In this document: piece by piece, positions 24,271 to 35,735 of the stretch
Layout of the letters: each line of letters begins with the position of its first letter
Position numbering within the stretch: position 1 is the first letter of the stretch
Origin: Anaeromyxobacteraceae bacterium
GTDB lineage: Bacteria > Myxococcota > Myxococcia > Myxococcales > Anaeromyxobacteraceae
DNA: 64,000 nt
Direction: 5' to 3'
Assembly: GCA_047602405.1 (NCBI GenBank)
Contig: JASGHJ010000002.1
Location: forward strand, 672,001 to 736,000
Notes under the pieces: generated by a model
Databases searched by the model: none
Seen by the model: only the letters and a program-made list of their open reading frames with translations
What the model was told of the DNA's origin: nothing
Made by a program: the position numbers and the translations under genes

Positions 24271-27106
24271 GCCCCGAGACTACGGCATGGGCGTGCGGCT
24301 GCGCGACCTCCTCGGCGCGCGCCCGCGTGCACCGGTCCACGAGGAACGCGATGGAGCGGTACGGCCGGTCGGCGTGGTGCGTGAGGCCGAGCTCGCAGGT
24401 GCGCGAGTTCGAGAAGCCCTCCTTGCACTCCGGCGGCAGCGCGCTCGCGAGCCCGGCGAGGGCCGCGGCGTTGAGCTCCGGGTGGCTGAACCCGCGGTCG
24501 CCCGCGAAGCCGCAGCAGCCGATGCCGGCGGGGACGACCACCCGCTCCGCGCAGCGGCGGGCGACGGCCTCCAGCTTCGGCGCGAGCCCCATCTTCGTGG
24601 ACGAGCAGGTGACGTGGAGCGCCACCGGCCCGGGCTCCTTCGTGAACGCGAGCCGGTCGAGGCAGTGGTCGTGGATGAACTCGGCGGGCTCCATCATCAC
24701 GAGGCGCGGGTCGAGCGTCTTCTTCATCCGCTGCAGACACGGGGAGGTGTCGCAGAGGATCGGGAGCGCGCCGTCGTCGCTGGCGGCGAGGAGCGCCCGC
24801 TCGAGCTCGCGGGCCTTGCGGTCGCCCTGCTCCGGGAAGCCCTTCGACTCGAACGCGAGGCCGCAGCAGAGCGTCTCGAGCCGGTCGGGGAAGACCACGT
24901 CGAACCCGGCCTTCGCGAGGATCGAGCGGACCGCGTCCGGGAGGGCGCGGTCGTCCGGGTCGGCGGCCGTGGCGCCGAAGGTCCGCGAGACGCAGGCCGG
25001 GAGGTACACGACCTTCCGGCCCCGGCCGGCCGCGACGTTCAGGTAGGGCGCCGCCTTCGCGGGGCCGGGGTAGGGCGGGCGCGCGCCGGGGCCGCCGCCG
25101 GAGAGCCCCGTGGCGCGCAGGCCTCCGAGGCCGAGGCGGACCAGGCCGGAGACGACGCCGAGCTCGCCGGCGATGCCGTCGGCGACGGTGTTCGCGAGCC
25201 CGCCGCGGTCCCGGGCGCGCAGCCCCTTCACGTAGACGCCGGTGTCGATGCCGACCGGGCAGGCCATCGCGCAGAGGCCGTCGGTCGCGCAGGTCTCCTC
25301 GCCCCACCACCGGAAATCCTCCTCGAGCCGCGCGAGCCGGGCCGGGTCCTCGGCGGAGCGCCGGAGCCGGGCCATCTCCCGCGTCACCACGATGCGCTGG
25401 CGCGGCGTCGCCGAGAGCGTGCGGGACGGACAGCGGGGCTCGCAGAAGCCGCACTCGATGCAGCGGTCGACGATCGGGTCCGCCGCGGGGAGCGGCTTCA
25501 GGCTCGCGAGGTGGGCCCGCGGGTCGTCGTTGAGGATCACGCCGGGGTTGAGGATGCGATGCGGGTCGAGGAGCGCCTTCACCCGCCGCATGAGCCCGTG
25601 CGCCTGCGGGCCCCACTCCTTCTCGACGAACGGGGCCATGTTGCGTCCGGTGCCGTGCTCGGCCTTGAGCGAGCCGTCGAAGCGGTCCACCACCGCCTCG
25701 CAGACGTCGTCGAGGAACCGCGCGTAGCGGTCGACCTCGCGCGGGTCCCCGAAGTCCTGCGTGAAGGTGAAGTGGAGGTTCCCGTCGAGCGCGTGGCCGA
25801 AGATGATGCCCTCGGCGTACCCGTGGCGCCGGAAGGCCTCCTGCAGCGCGACGGTGCCGGCGGCGAGGTGCTCCATCGGGAAGGCGACGTCCTCGATGAC
25901 CACCGTGGTGCCGATGCGGCGGGCGGCGCCGACCGCCGGGAAGAGCCCCCGCCGCACGTCCCAGAGCCGGTCGGCCGCGGCGCGGTCGGTCGTGAACACG
26001 GCGGGCGCGAGCGTCGGCACGCCGGCGAGGCGGTCGGTCGCCGCCGCGATCGCCGCGGGCAGGCCCGCCGCCGTGCCGCTGCGGACCTCGACGAGGAGCG
26101 CGCACGCGTCGGGGCCGAGCGCGGCGAGCCCGGGCGGCATGCCCGGCTTCGCCTCGACCGAGCGGATCGAGGCGCGGTCCATGATCTCCGCCGCGGACAC
26201 CACCTGCCGGTCGAGGGCCTGCACCGCGCGGGCGGCGTGCGCGATGTCGGCGTACAGGACGAGCGCGCTCGCCTTGTGCGCGTGCTCCTCGACCGTGCGG
26301 AGCGTGAGCTCCGAGATGAAGGCGAGGGTGCCCTCCGAGCCGATGAGGAGGTGGGCGAGGATGTCGATCGGGTCGTCGAAGTCGACGAAGGCGTTGAGGC
26401 CGTAGCCGGTGGTGTTCTTGATCCGGTACTTCCGGCGGATGCGGTCGGCGAGCGCGGCGTCGGCGCGGACCTCGTCCTTGATCGCGGCGAGCCCGGCGGG
26501 GATCTCCGGGTGGGCGGCGGCGAAGGCCGCGCGGGAGGCGGCGTCGCCCGTGTCGAGCACCGTGCCGTCCCAGAGCACGAGCCGGAGCGCGTCGAGGGTC
26601 TGGTAGCTGTTCTGGGCGGTGCCGCAGCACATGCCCGAGGCGTTGTTCGCGGCGATGCCGCCCAGCATCGCGGCGCCGATCGAGGCCGGATCGGGGCCGA
26701 GCTTCCGGCCGAGGGGGGCGAGGAGCGCGTTCGCCTCGGCGCCGATCACGCCCGGCTCGAGCCGCACCCGCGCGCCGCCGTCGAGCACCTCCCGCCGGGT
26801 GAACCCGCCCGCGAGCACGGCCAGGATCGAGTCGGACACCGCCTGCCCGGAGAGGCTCGTACCGGCCGCCCGGAACGTCACCGGGAGCCGCCGCTCCGCG
26901 GCGAGCCTGAGGAGGCCCGCGACCTCGGCCTCGCTGCGCACCTTCACGACGACCTCCGGCGTCAGCCGGTAGAAGCTCGCGTCGGTCCCCATCGCGAGGC
27001 GGCGGAGGGGATCGGTGACGATCCGCTCGGCGGGGAAGGAGCGACCGAGGTCGGCGACGAGCGCGGCGTAGGCGGCGGCGGGGCTGCTCGGGGCGGCGGC
27101 GGGCAT
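24260..27106 (-). CDS. FAD- and Fe-S-containing D-lactate dehydrogenase (Dld-II type)
   Basis: FRAAGTSLSGQA, GPDPAS, NNASGMCCG, GSEGTL, KAEHGTGRN, CIECGFCEPRCP, CATDGLCAMACP, CCG domains. Confidence 0.9.
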   Translation of the reverse strand: MPAAAPSSPAAAYAALVADLGRSFPAERIVTDPLRRLAMGTDASFYRLTPEVVVKVRSEAEVAGLLRLAAERRLPVTFRAAGTSLSGQAVSDSILAVLAGGFTRREVLDGGARVRLEPGVIGAEANALLAPLGRKLGPDPASIGAAMLGGIAANNASGMCCGTAQNSYQTLDALRLVLWDGTVLDTGDAASRAAFAAAHPEIPAGLAAIKDEVRADAALADRIRRKYRIKNTTGYGLNAFVDFDDPIDILAHLLIGSEGTLAFISELTLRTVEEHAHKASALVLYADIAHAARAVQALDRQVVSAAEIMDRASIRSVEAKPGMPPGLAALGPDACALLVEVRSGTAAGLPAAIAAATDRLAGVPTLAPAVFTTDRAAADRLWDVRRGLFPAVGAARRIGTTVVIEDVAFPMEHLAAGTVALQEAFRRHGYAEGIIFGHALDGNLHFTFTQDFGDPREVDRYARFLDDVCEAVVDRFDGSLKAEHGTGRNMAPFVEKEWGPQAHGLMRRVKALLDPHRILNPGVILNDDPRAHLASLKPLPAADPIVDRCIECGFCEPRCPSRTLSATPRQRIVVTREMARLRRSAEDPARLARLEEDFRWWGEETCATDGLCAMACPVGIDTGVYVKGLRARDRGGLANTVADGIAGELGVVSGLVRLGLGGLRATGLSGGGPGARPPYPGPAKAAPYLNVAAGRGRKVVYLPACVSRTFGATAADPDDRALPDAVRSILAKAGFDVVFPDRLETLCCGLAFESKGFPEQGDRKARELERALLAASDDGALPILCDTSPCLQRMKKTLDPRLVMMEPAEFIHDHCLDRLAFTKEPGPVALHVTCSSTKMGLAPKLEAVARRCAERVVVPAGIGCCGFAGDRGFSHPELNAAALAGLASALPPECKEGFSNSRTCELGLTHHADRPYRSIAFLVDRCTRARAEEVAQPHAHAVVSGHAH

Positions 27107-27209
27107 GGGACCCCGAGTCTAGCGGAGCCGGTGCCTCCGGCGGCGGGGCTCCGGGCGAACGGTCGTCCCCCGGGTGCGATCGGCCGCCGCGCCGCGGCGC
27201 GTCGGGCCG

Positions 27210-28091
27210 TCAGCCCAGGACCGGCACCGCGCGGGCGCGCTCCCTCGCCTCGCCCATGCGGCCGAGCGTCGCGCCCCCCACGCCCTCGACGGCGATCGAC
27301 CCGGCCGCCGCGCCGAGGCGCGCGGCCTCCACCGGATCGGCGCCCTCGGCCGCCGCGAGGAGCCAGCCCGCGGCGAAGGCGTCGCCGGCGCCGGTCGGAT
27401 CGACCTCGCGCGCGGGGAACGCGCCGACGCGCACGGCCCGGCCACCGGCGTGGACCTCGCAGCCGCGCGCGGCGCGGGTGAGCACGACCACCGGCACGGC
27501 GGCCCGGAGCCGCTCGACGAGGTCGCCCTGGCCGGCGAGGTCGTCCTCGCCCACGAACGCGACGCCCACGCCGTCGAGGTCGCGCGGCGCCCACGCCGGC
27601 TGCAGCACCGTGCCGTCCGGCGCGAGCCGCCGCAGGAGCCCCTGGACCCCGAGGCCGACCACCCGCGCCTCGACGGCCTCGACCCAGCGCGCCGGCACGA
27701 GCTCGTCGAGCACCGGCGCGAGGTGCAGCACGTCCACGCGCCGCCACCCGGGCTCCGGCGGGAGCGCGCCGGGCGAGAGCGGCGGGGCGGTGGCGAGCAC
27801 GCGCTGGCGGCGCCGGCCGTCCGGGCCGTGCACGTTCTCGAAGATCGTGGTCGCAGGCGAGGCGGCGACCGCGGCGGGCACGCCGAGGAGCGCGTCCGCC
27901 GGGTGGTCGGGGCCGGCGGCGGTCGCGAGGCGCGGGGACGCGCCGAGCGCGAGGAGCGCGCGGGCGGCGAACCAGGCCGAGCCGCCGGGGACGAGGCCGT
28001 CGCCGCGCCGGTCGAGCGTCACGTGGCCCACGTGCAGGCTGGTGATGGGCGCGCCGGTGATGGACAGGCCGGTGATGGACACGGTCGTCAC
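27210..28091 (-). CDS. PfkB-family carbohydrate kinase
   Basis: VGHVTLD, PGGS, VDPTGAGDAFAAG; GTG overlaps the upstream stop. Confidence 0.88.
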   Translation of the reverse strand: MTTVSITGLSITGAPITSLHVGHVTLDRRGDGLVPGGSAWFAARALLALGASPRLATAAGPDHPADALLGVPAAVAASPATTIFENVHGPDGRRRQRVLATAPPLSPGALPPEPGWRRVDVLHLAPVLDELVPARWVEAVEARVVGLGVQGLLRRLAPDGTVLQPAWAPRDLDGVGVAFVGEDDLAGQGDLVERLRAAVPVVVLTRAARGCEVHAGGRAVRVGAFPAREVDPTGAGDAFAAGWLLAAAEGADPVEAARLGAAAGSIAVEGVGGATLGRMGEARERARAVPVLG

Positions 28092-28747
28092 GGCAGGAAC
28101 CTCAGCACCCGCGCGGCGCGGACGTCGGCGTCCTCGATGGCGGTCGTGGTGGGGACCTCGTAGGTGGCGAGCACCTCGAACCCGTCCGCGGGCGCGTAGT
28201 GCCGGCCGGCGTCGCCCGCGAGCACGAGCACGCCCGCCCCGGCGAGCGCGCGGAACCACGCCGCCGACCGCTCCGCGAGCGGCCGCTCGTAGAAGACGTC
28301 GCCCGCGAGCAGCACCTCGCAGCCGGGGAGCGGCGCGCCGATGGGGTCGCCGCCGCGGAACTCGAGCGCGAGGCCGTTCAGGGCGGCGTTCACCGAGAGC
28401 ACCGCCTCGCAGGCGGGGTCGTGGTCGAGCGCGATCACCGAGGCGGCCCCCGCCCGCGCCGCCGCGAGCCCGCAGAGGCCCGAGCCGGCCGCGAAGTCGA
28501 AGACCGCGCGCCCGCGCACGAGCGCCGGCCGGTCGAGCACGAGCCGCGCGAGCGCCTGCCCGCCGGCCCAGGGGAACGCCCAGAAGGGCGCGTCGTCCCA
28601 CCCCGCGAGTTCCTCGGACGTCGCGTGCCAGAGCGCGGTCGCCTCGGTCGCCTGCTGCACGAGGAGCTCGGGGCAGAGCGGGACCGGCGCGGGCGCCGTG
28701 CGGCGCCTGACGAACTCGACCAGCTCCTCGCGCGTGCGCGTGGTCAC
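28088..28747 (-). CDS. Class I SAM-dependent (protein lysine-type) methyltransferase
   Basis: PFWAFPWAGGQALAR, DFAAGSGL, LAGDVFYE. Confidence 0.88.
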   Translation of the reverse strand: MTTRTREELVEFVRRRTAPAPVPLCPELLVQQATEATALWHATSEELAGWDDAPFWAFPWAGGQALARLVLDRPALVRGRAVFDFAAGSGLCGLAAARAGAASVIALDHDPACEAVLSVNAALNGLALEFRGGDPIGAPLPGCEVLLAGDVFYERPLAERSAAWFRALAGAGVLVLAGDAGRHYAPADGFEVLATYEVPTTTAIEDADVRAARVLRFLP

Positions 28748-28812
28748 CGGAGGGAGTGTAGCCTTGCGCCCGCCCCGGCGGCGATGGAGGATGCCCCCGG
28801 GAGGGATGCCAC

Positions 28813-29190
28813 ATGCCCAACGGAAACGAGCGCCGACGCTTCTCCCGGATCGTCTTCCACCGCCCGGCCGAGGTGGAGGTGCGGGGGCGGCACGTGCGGG
28901 GTGAGCTGCTCGACGTGTCGCTGAAGGGCGCGCTCGTGCAGGTCGGCGCCGGGGTCGGCCTCCCGGTCGGCACCTCCTGCTCCGTCTCGATCCACCTCGA
29001 CGACGGCGGCGCCATCATCCGCATGGAGGGCGAGGTCGCCCACGTGCAGGGGCTGCACGTCGGCATCCGCTGCGACGAGATCGACCTCGAGAGCATCGGC
29101 CACCTGCGCCGGCTCGTGGAGCTCAACCTCGGCGACGACGAGGTGCTGCACCGGGAGCTCGGCGCGCTCGTCGCCGAGCGGGACTTCTGA
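28813..29190 (+). CDS. PilZ-domain c-di-GMP-binding protein
   Basis: ERRRFSR and DVSLKG motifs; HLRRLVELNLGD. Confidence 0.9.
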   Translation: MPNGNERRRFSRIVFHRPAEVEVRGRHVRGELLDVSLKGALVQVGAGVGLPVGTSCSVSIHLDDGGAIIRMEGEVAHVQGLHVGIRCDEIDLESIGHLRRLVELNLGDDEVLHRELGALVAERDF

Positions 29191-29191
29191 G

Positions 29192-30235
29192 CTACTTCGC
29201 GGGGGCGGGCTTCGGCTTCGGGTGCATCTCGCGCAGCTTCGCGCAGGGATCCGGGCGCTCGGCCCCGGGCGTGAAGATGACGTAGTCGAAGGGCAGGCCG
29301 CCGGCGGTCCCCCAGTCGACGACGTAGTCCTTCGGCTGCGGGCGGCCGGACTCGACCTCGAGGATGCCGACCGAGACGACCCGCCGCCCCGGCGCGTCCT
29401 TCGCGAGGACCGCCGGCACGCCGCGGTCGTTGCGGGCGTGGCCGTTGCCGGTCACCAGGATCGCGCCCGCGGCGCCGGTGGCCTCGAGCGTGAGCGCCAT
29501 CTGCGCGTCGCGCGCGCGCTGCGCGAGCGCCATCGGGTCGAGCAGCGGCTCGGGCAGCACGTTGCAGTGGCTCGTGCGCATCTCCTCGCGGAGCTCCTTC
29601 ACGACCGGCTCGGGCAGCGGCTCGTCGCGGGAGAGCCGCGCGCGGATCGCCTCCGGGAGCCCGTCCTTGCCCTGCTTCACGGCCGCCTTGGCGAGCGGCT
29701 TCGGGAGGTTCGCGGCCTTCACCGGCATCCCGGCGTCGAGCGCGGCGACGAGGATCGGGCGGTACATGACGAACTCCGGCCAGCCCGACTCGTCCCACTT
29801 CACGGCCTTCGCGAACGCGTCGGCGCTCCGCGGGTCCGCCGCGAGGGCGCGGTCCACCTCCGGCTGCACGTCGGCGTCGAGCATCTCCATCGCGAGCGCC
29901 GGCTTCTTCCCGGCCGCCGAGGCCGCGCGCACGAGGCGGGCCTGCAGGAGGTGCGCGTCCGGGTTGTCGTGCACCTCGCCGAGCAGCACGAAGTCCGAGC
30001 CCGCGACCGCCGAGGCGAGGAACCCCTCGTCGGCGAAGACCTGCCGCTTCACGTCCCAGATGCGCCCCGCGAGCGGGTGCGAGCGCTGGCGGGTGGCGAG
30101 CCACTCGCGCCCCGGTGCGATGGGCTGGGCGACGAGCTGCGCGATCGGCGGGTGCGCCGCGGGGTGGGCCCCGGCGCAGGCGGTGACGAGCGAGCACAGC
30201 AGGAGCGGGAGCGCGGGGGCGGGCGTGCGGGTCAC
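29192..30235 (-). CDS. ChaN-family (heme/iron uptake) lipoprotein
   Basis: Lipobox VTAC, VLLGEVHDNPDAH..Q, LAMEM, QRARDAQMA, GNGH. Confidence 0.85.
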   Translation of the reverse strand: MTRTPAPALPLLLCSLVTACAGAHPAAHPPIAQLVAQPIAPGREWLATRQRSHPLAGRIWDVKRQVFADEGFLASAVAGSDFVLLGEVHDNPDAHLLQARLVRAASAAGKKPALAMEMLDADVQPEVDRALAADPRSADAFAKAVKWDESGWPEFVMYRPILVAALDAGMPVKAANLPKPLAKAAVKQGKDGLPEAIRARLSRDEPLPEPVVKELREEMRTSHCNVLPEPLLDPMALAQRARDAQMALTLEATGAAGAILVTGNGHARNDRGVPAVLAKDAPGRRVVSVGILEVESGRPQPKDYVVDWGTAGGLPFDYVIFTPGAERPDPCAKLREMHPKPKPAPAK

Positions 30236-30282
30236 GTCCCGACCTTAGCGCAGGTCGGGCCGGCGCGCCGCTCCCCGGAGCA

Positions 30283-31365
30283 TCACCGCGCGAAGCGGAT
30301 CGGCATCGTCACCCACATGCGCGCGGGCTTGCCCTGGGCGTCGGCGCCCGGGGTGAACGCGCACTTGCGCACGGCCGTCTCGAGCATCTCCGGCAGGCGC
30401 GGGTCCGGGACGTCGCCCATGATCTGGAAGAGCGACACGTCGCCGTCCGGCCCCACCGCGAAGCGGATCGTCACCGGTCCGTCGAGGCGCTCGGCGAGGT
30501 CGCGGGGCGGCCGGATGGACCGCTGCACGCAGCCGGGCTCGGTCATGGTGGGCCGGCGGTAGCCCTCGGTCGCGTAGCGGGGCGCGTCCTCGATGGCCGA
30601 CGGCGCCGAGGAGACCGCGGGCGGCGGGGGCGGCGAGGTGATCGCGGCGGGCGCGCGCTGCGGAGGCGCCGCCGGGATCGCCGCGGGCTGCGCGGCGGGC
30701 GCCGGCGTGGGCGCGGGCGGCGCGGCGGCGACCTGGACGGCGGGCTCGCGGCCGCGGGTCGGGCGCGGAGGAGGGACGGTGCGCCGCTCGGCGCGGGGCT
30801 CGGGCTTCGCGCTGACGGTGCGGGCCTGGGTCTCCGGAGTGGCCGCGGCCGCCGGCACGATGGGGGCCGGCTCGGGGGCGGCGGCGGGCGCGGGCGGCTG
30901 CTGGGCCGGGGCGGGGGCGGCCGCGACCGGCGGGGACGCGGGCGCGGACGCCGCCGTCTCGTCGCCGCCGCGGGAGAAGAAGACGCCCACGAGGATCAGC
31001 ACGACGCAGGCCACGCCGACCCAGAGGACGATGGGCAGGATCGACTTCGCCGAGCCCGGCACCTCCTTCGGCGCGACCGCCGCGAACGCGGGGGCGCTCT
31101 TCGACGTCGTCCGGCGGCGCGGCGCCCCGGGGGCGGGGGTCGCCTGCGGGGCGCCGACGTCCTTGCCGGCGTCGCCGAGGTCGAGGTCGAGGTAGCCGCC
31201 GGGCGGGGCCTCGGCGGAGGGCTCCACCTCGGTCGCGACCTGGCCCGCCGGCGCGGGGAGGGGCGGCACCCGGAAGCCCGCCGGCACGTGGCCGCACCGG
31301 GGGCAGGCGCCGCTCGCCAGCCGCTCTCCCGTGAAGCCACAGTTGTCGCAATTGAAGGATGCCAT
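30283..31365 (-). CDS. TonB-family energy transducer with N-terminal zinc ribbon
   Basis: CDNC...CPRC, single TM, Pro/Ala linker, TonB C-terminal domain (GPVTIRFAVGPDG...FTPG...PIRF). Confidence 0.8.
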   Translation of the reverse strand: MASFNCDNCGFTGERLASGACPRCGHVPAGFRVPPLPAPAGQVATEVEPSAEAPPGGYLDLDLGDAGKDVGAPQATPAPGAPRRRTTSKSAPAFAAVAPKEVPGSAKSILPIVLWVGVACVVLILVGVFFSRGGDETAASAPASPPVAAAPAPAQQPPAPAAAPEPAPIVPAAAATPETQARTVSAKPEPRAERRTVPPPRPTRGREPAVQVAAAPPAPTPAPAAQPAAIPAAPPQRAPAAITSPPPPPAVSSAPSAIEDAPRYATEGYRRPTMTEPGCVQRSIRPPRDLAERLDGPVTIRFAVGPDGDVSLFQIMGDVPDPRLPEMLETAVRKCAFTPGADAQGKPARMWVTMPIRFAR

Positions 31366-31570
31366 CGCTGCCCCTGGGCCCGGGACGCGCGCGCCTTCCC
31401 AGCGGCGCGTTCGCCTGTCCGTGTACCTCAACGTTCTACCGGATCGCGCAGGCCGTTGCGATGTGGGCAGCCGGGTGCCTGGATACGGCCGATACCGGCT
31501 TTTGCTGCCGCGTCCCTCGACCGTGTGGCAGAATCCGCCCCCGTCTCTTGAGACCAAGGAGCATCAGACC

Positions 31571-32200
31571 GTGAACCGGAACGTCGTCATCGCCCTCGTG
31601 GCCGGCCTGCTGGCAGGCCTCGCCGTCGGCTACTCCATCGGCAGCAGCGTCTCCCAGTCCTCCGCTCCGGTGGTCGCGGCGCCGACCGCGGCGCCGATCC
31701 CGAACCCCCCGCCGCCCGGCATGGGCGGCGGCATGGGCCAGATGCCCCCGGGCATGCCCGGGCAGGGCGGCCAGCCCGACCTCCTCGCGCGCATCGCGCA
31801 GCACGAGGGGATCGTGAAGCAGGATCCGAAGAACGCCTCGGCCTGGATCCAGCTCGGGAACGACTACTTCGACACGCACCAGGCCCAGAAGTCGATCGAC
31901 GCCTACGCGAAGGCGCTCGCGCTGCAGCCCAACAACCCGGACGTGCTCACCGACCAGGGGATCATGTACCGGGAGGCGAAGCAGTTCGAGCAGGCCGCGA
32001 AGAACTTCGAGAAGGCGAGCCAGCTCGACCCGCGCCACCTGCAGTCGCTGTTCAACCTGGGCGTCGTCTACGCGTACGACCTCAAGCAGACGGACAAGGC
32101 GGTCGCGGCCTGGTCGAGGGTGATCCAGCTCGATCCGAACAGCTCGCAGGCCATCCAGGCCCGCGCCGCGCTGCAGGGGCTCCAGGGCGGGCCGAAGTAG
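31571..32200 (+). CDS. Membrane-anchored TPR protein (CcmH/CycH-like C-terminus)
   Basis: N-terminal TM, Pro/Gly/Met linker, TPRs (AWIQLGNDYFD, VLTDQGIMYR, LFNLGVVY). Confidence 0.85.
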   Translation: MNRNVVIALVAGLLAGLAVGYSIGSSVSQSSAPVVAAPTAAPIPNPPPPGMGGGMGQMPPGMPGQGGQPDLLARIAQHEGIVKQDPKNASAWIQLGNDYFDTHQAQKSIDAYAKALALQPNNPDVLTDQGIMYREAKQFEQAAKNFEKASQLDPRHLQSLFNLGVVYAYDLKQTDKAVAAWSRVIQLDPNSSQAIQARAALQGLQGGPK

Positions 32201-32277
32201 CGACGGCCCACACCGAAGTGGTCGCAGCCCCAACAGGGGCGTCAGGTCCGTCACCCGGGTCTGCCACCGTGATCGGC

Positions 32278-32796
32278 GTGGAGCTCCTCCTCGTCCGCCA
32301 CGCGATCGCCGAGGACGCCGAACGGCCGGGGCCGCGCGCGGACGCCGCGCGGGCCCTGACCGCGGCGGGCCGCGCCCGGATGAAGGAGGGCGCGAAGGGG
32401 CTGCGCGAGCTCGTCCCCGCCGTCTCGGCGGTGGTGTCGAGCCCCCTCGTCCGGGCGGAGGAGACCGCCCGCATCGTCGCGGCCGCCTGGCGGGTGGAGG
32501 TGGAGCTCCTCCCCGCGCTCGCGCCCGGCCGCGACCCGCGCGCGCTCCTGCGCTGGCTCGCCGCGCGCAAGAACGGGGGCGCGCCGCTCGCGCTCGTCGG
32601 GCACGAGCCTTCCCTGTCCACGCTCCTCGCGCTGCTCGTGACGGGCAGGCGGACGCCGTTCCTCGAGCTCAGGAAGGGCGGCGCGTGCCTGCTCGAGCTC
32701 GAGCACGCCCCTTCTCCGGCGCGGAAGGCGGGCGTGGCGCGGATCGAGTGGGTCCTCACCGCGCGGGCGCTGCGCCTCCTGTCCGAGGCGCGGTGA
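32278..32796 (+). CDS. sixA: SixA-family phosphohistidine phosphatase
   Basis: LLVRHA, SSPLVRAEETA, LVGHEP. Confidence 0.88.
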   Translation: MELLLVRHAIAEDAERPGPRADAARALTAAGRARMKEGAKGLRELVPAVSAVVSSPLVRAEETARIVAAAWRVEVELLPALAPGRDPRALLRWLAARKNGGAPLALVGHEPSLSTLLALLVTGRRTPFLELRKGGACLLELEHAPSPARKAGVARIEWVLTARALRLLSEAR

Positions 32797-33756
32797 CGTC
32801 GGGGCTCCCGGCGCTCGGCCTGCCGGTCGAGGAGGGCGCGCGCCTCCTCGCGCTCGCCCGGGTGGCCGCCGTCGACGCCGCCTCCGCGCGCCTCTCCGGC
32901 GACGCCGACCCGGAGGCGCTCCACGACTTCCGGGTGGAGCTGCGCCGGCTGCGCTCGCTCCTGCGCGCCTTCCGTCCGTGGCTGCGGGCCGGGCCGCGGC
33001 GCCGCCACCTGCGGGCGCTCCGGCGCCTCGCCGCCGGGACGGGCGCGTCGCGCGACGCGGAGGTGCAGCTCGCCGTGCTCGCCGGCGAGCGGGCCCGGAT
33101 CCCGCCCGACCGCCGGGCCGGGCTCGACTGGCTCGTCGCGCGGCTCGAGGCCGCGGCCGAGGCCGGCGCCGGCGACACGGCGCGGGCCGTGCGCCGCTGG
33201 CGGAAGCTCTCGCGCCGGCTCCGGCGGCGGCTCTCGACCTACGAGCGGAGGCTCCGCCCGCTCGAGCTCGAGTCCTTCGGCGGCGTCCTCGCCGCGCTCG
33301 TCGAGGGCCAGCTCGAGGCGTTCCTCGCGGCGCTCGCCGCGGTGGAGGGGGCGGGGGACGTCGCCCGCGCCCACCGCGCGCGCCTCGAGGCGAAGCGGCT
33401 GCGTTACCTCGTCGAGCCGCTCCGGGACGCGCCGGGGCTCGGGGCCCGGACGGCGGTGGAGCGGCTGCAGGGCGTGCAGGACGCCCTCGGGGAGCTCCAC
33501 GACGCGCACGTGCTCGAGGCCGCCGTCGAGGCGGCGCGGCGCGGCGCGGCGCGCGCCGGGGAGGGCAGGGCGCCGGCCCTGTCCCCGGTGACGCGGGTGG
33601 TGCGCGCCCGGCGCGACCGGGCCTACGGCGCGCTCCTGCGCTCGGGGGACGCCCTCGAGGCGCTCTCGGGCGAGCTGAAGCGGCTCGCTCGCGCGGCCGC
33701 CTCGCCGGGATCGACCCTCTGGATCGCGCGCCCCGCGGACGGTATACGAGGGCGCG

Positions 33757-33773
<17 letters not shown>
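32793..33773 (+). CDS. CHAD-domain (polyphosphate-binding) protein
   Basis: DPEALHDFRVELRRLRS, RDAEV, HRARLEAKRLRY, QDALGELHD. Confidence 0.9.
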
Positions 33774-34643
<870 letters not shown>

Positions 34644-34647
<4 letters not shown>

Positions 34648-35726
34648 GCCCGGCCGCGCCGTCCTCGTGGCGCATGCCGGCGGAGTGGCTCCGCCACGAC
34701 GCGACCTGGCTCGCCTGGCCGCACAACGTCGCCGACTGGCCCGGGCGCTTCGCGCCAATCCCGTGGGTCTACGCGGAGATCGTCCGCAACGTCGCCGCGG
34801 GCGAGCGGGTGCACCTCCTCGTCGACGGGCCCGCGGGCGAGAAGAAGGCGCGGAGCGTGCTCGCCCGCGCCGAGGTGCCGCTCGAGCGCGTCACCTTCCA
34901 TCGCCAGCGCACCGATCGCATCTGGACCCGCGACACGGGGCCGATCTTCGTGACCGGGGACGGCGCCTCCGGCCAGAAGCGCAAGGCGGTCGCCCGCTTC
35001 CGCTTCAACGCCTGGGCGAAGTACCCGAACTGGAAGAACGACGCGAAGAACCCCGAGCGCGCCGCGAAGGCGCTCAAGGTGCCGCTGTTGCCCGTGGAGC
35101 ACGGCGGGCGCGAGGTGGTGCTCGAGGGCGGCGCCATCGACGTGAACGGGCGCGGGACGATCCTCACCACCGAGGAGTGCCTGCTCGACCCCGCGGTGCA
35201 GGTCCGCAACCCGGGCTTCGCGCGCGAGGACTACGAGGCGGTCTTCGCCGCGGCGCTCGGCGCGCCGAACACCCTCTGGCTGGGCAAGGGCATCGCCGGC
35301 GACGACACCCACGGGCACGTCGACGACCTCGCCCGCTTCGTGAACCCGCGCACGATCGTGATCGCGAGCGAGCCGGACGGCCGGGACCCGAACCACCGGC
35401 CGCTCGCCGAGAACCTGGAGCGCCTGCAGGGCGCGCGCCTCGAGGACGGGAGCCGGCCCGAGGTGGTCGAGCTGCCGATGCCGCGGGCGATCGTCTTCGA
35501 CGGCCAGCGCCTGCCGGCGAGCTACGCCAACTTCTACGTCTGCAACGCCGCGACGCTCGTGCCCACGTTCGACGACCCGCGGGACCGCGTGGCGCTCGGT
35601 ATCCTCGCGGAGCTCCTGCCGGATCGCCCGGTGGTGGGCATCCACGCGCTCGACCTCGTCTGGGGCCTGGGGACGCTCCACTGCCTGTCCCAGCAGGAGC
35701 CTGCGGCCGGCGACGGGGCCCGTTAG
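34644..35726 (+). CDS. aguA: Agmatine deiminase
   Basis: RMPAEW, WTRDTGP, LEGGAID, DDTHGHVD, ASYANF, LHCLSQQEP. Start is TTG 34644 or ATG 34674. Confidence 0.92.
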
Positions 35727-35735
35727 CAACAGGGC

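Noticed and set aside
31366..31570. Possible ncRNA or riboswitch in the lower-GC intergenic region
   Set aside because: No recognisable conserved motif or convincing fold; likely just divergent promoters.
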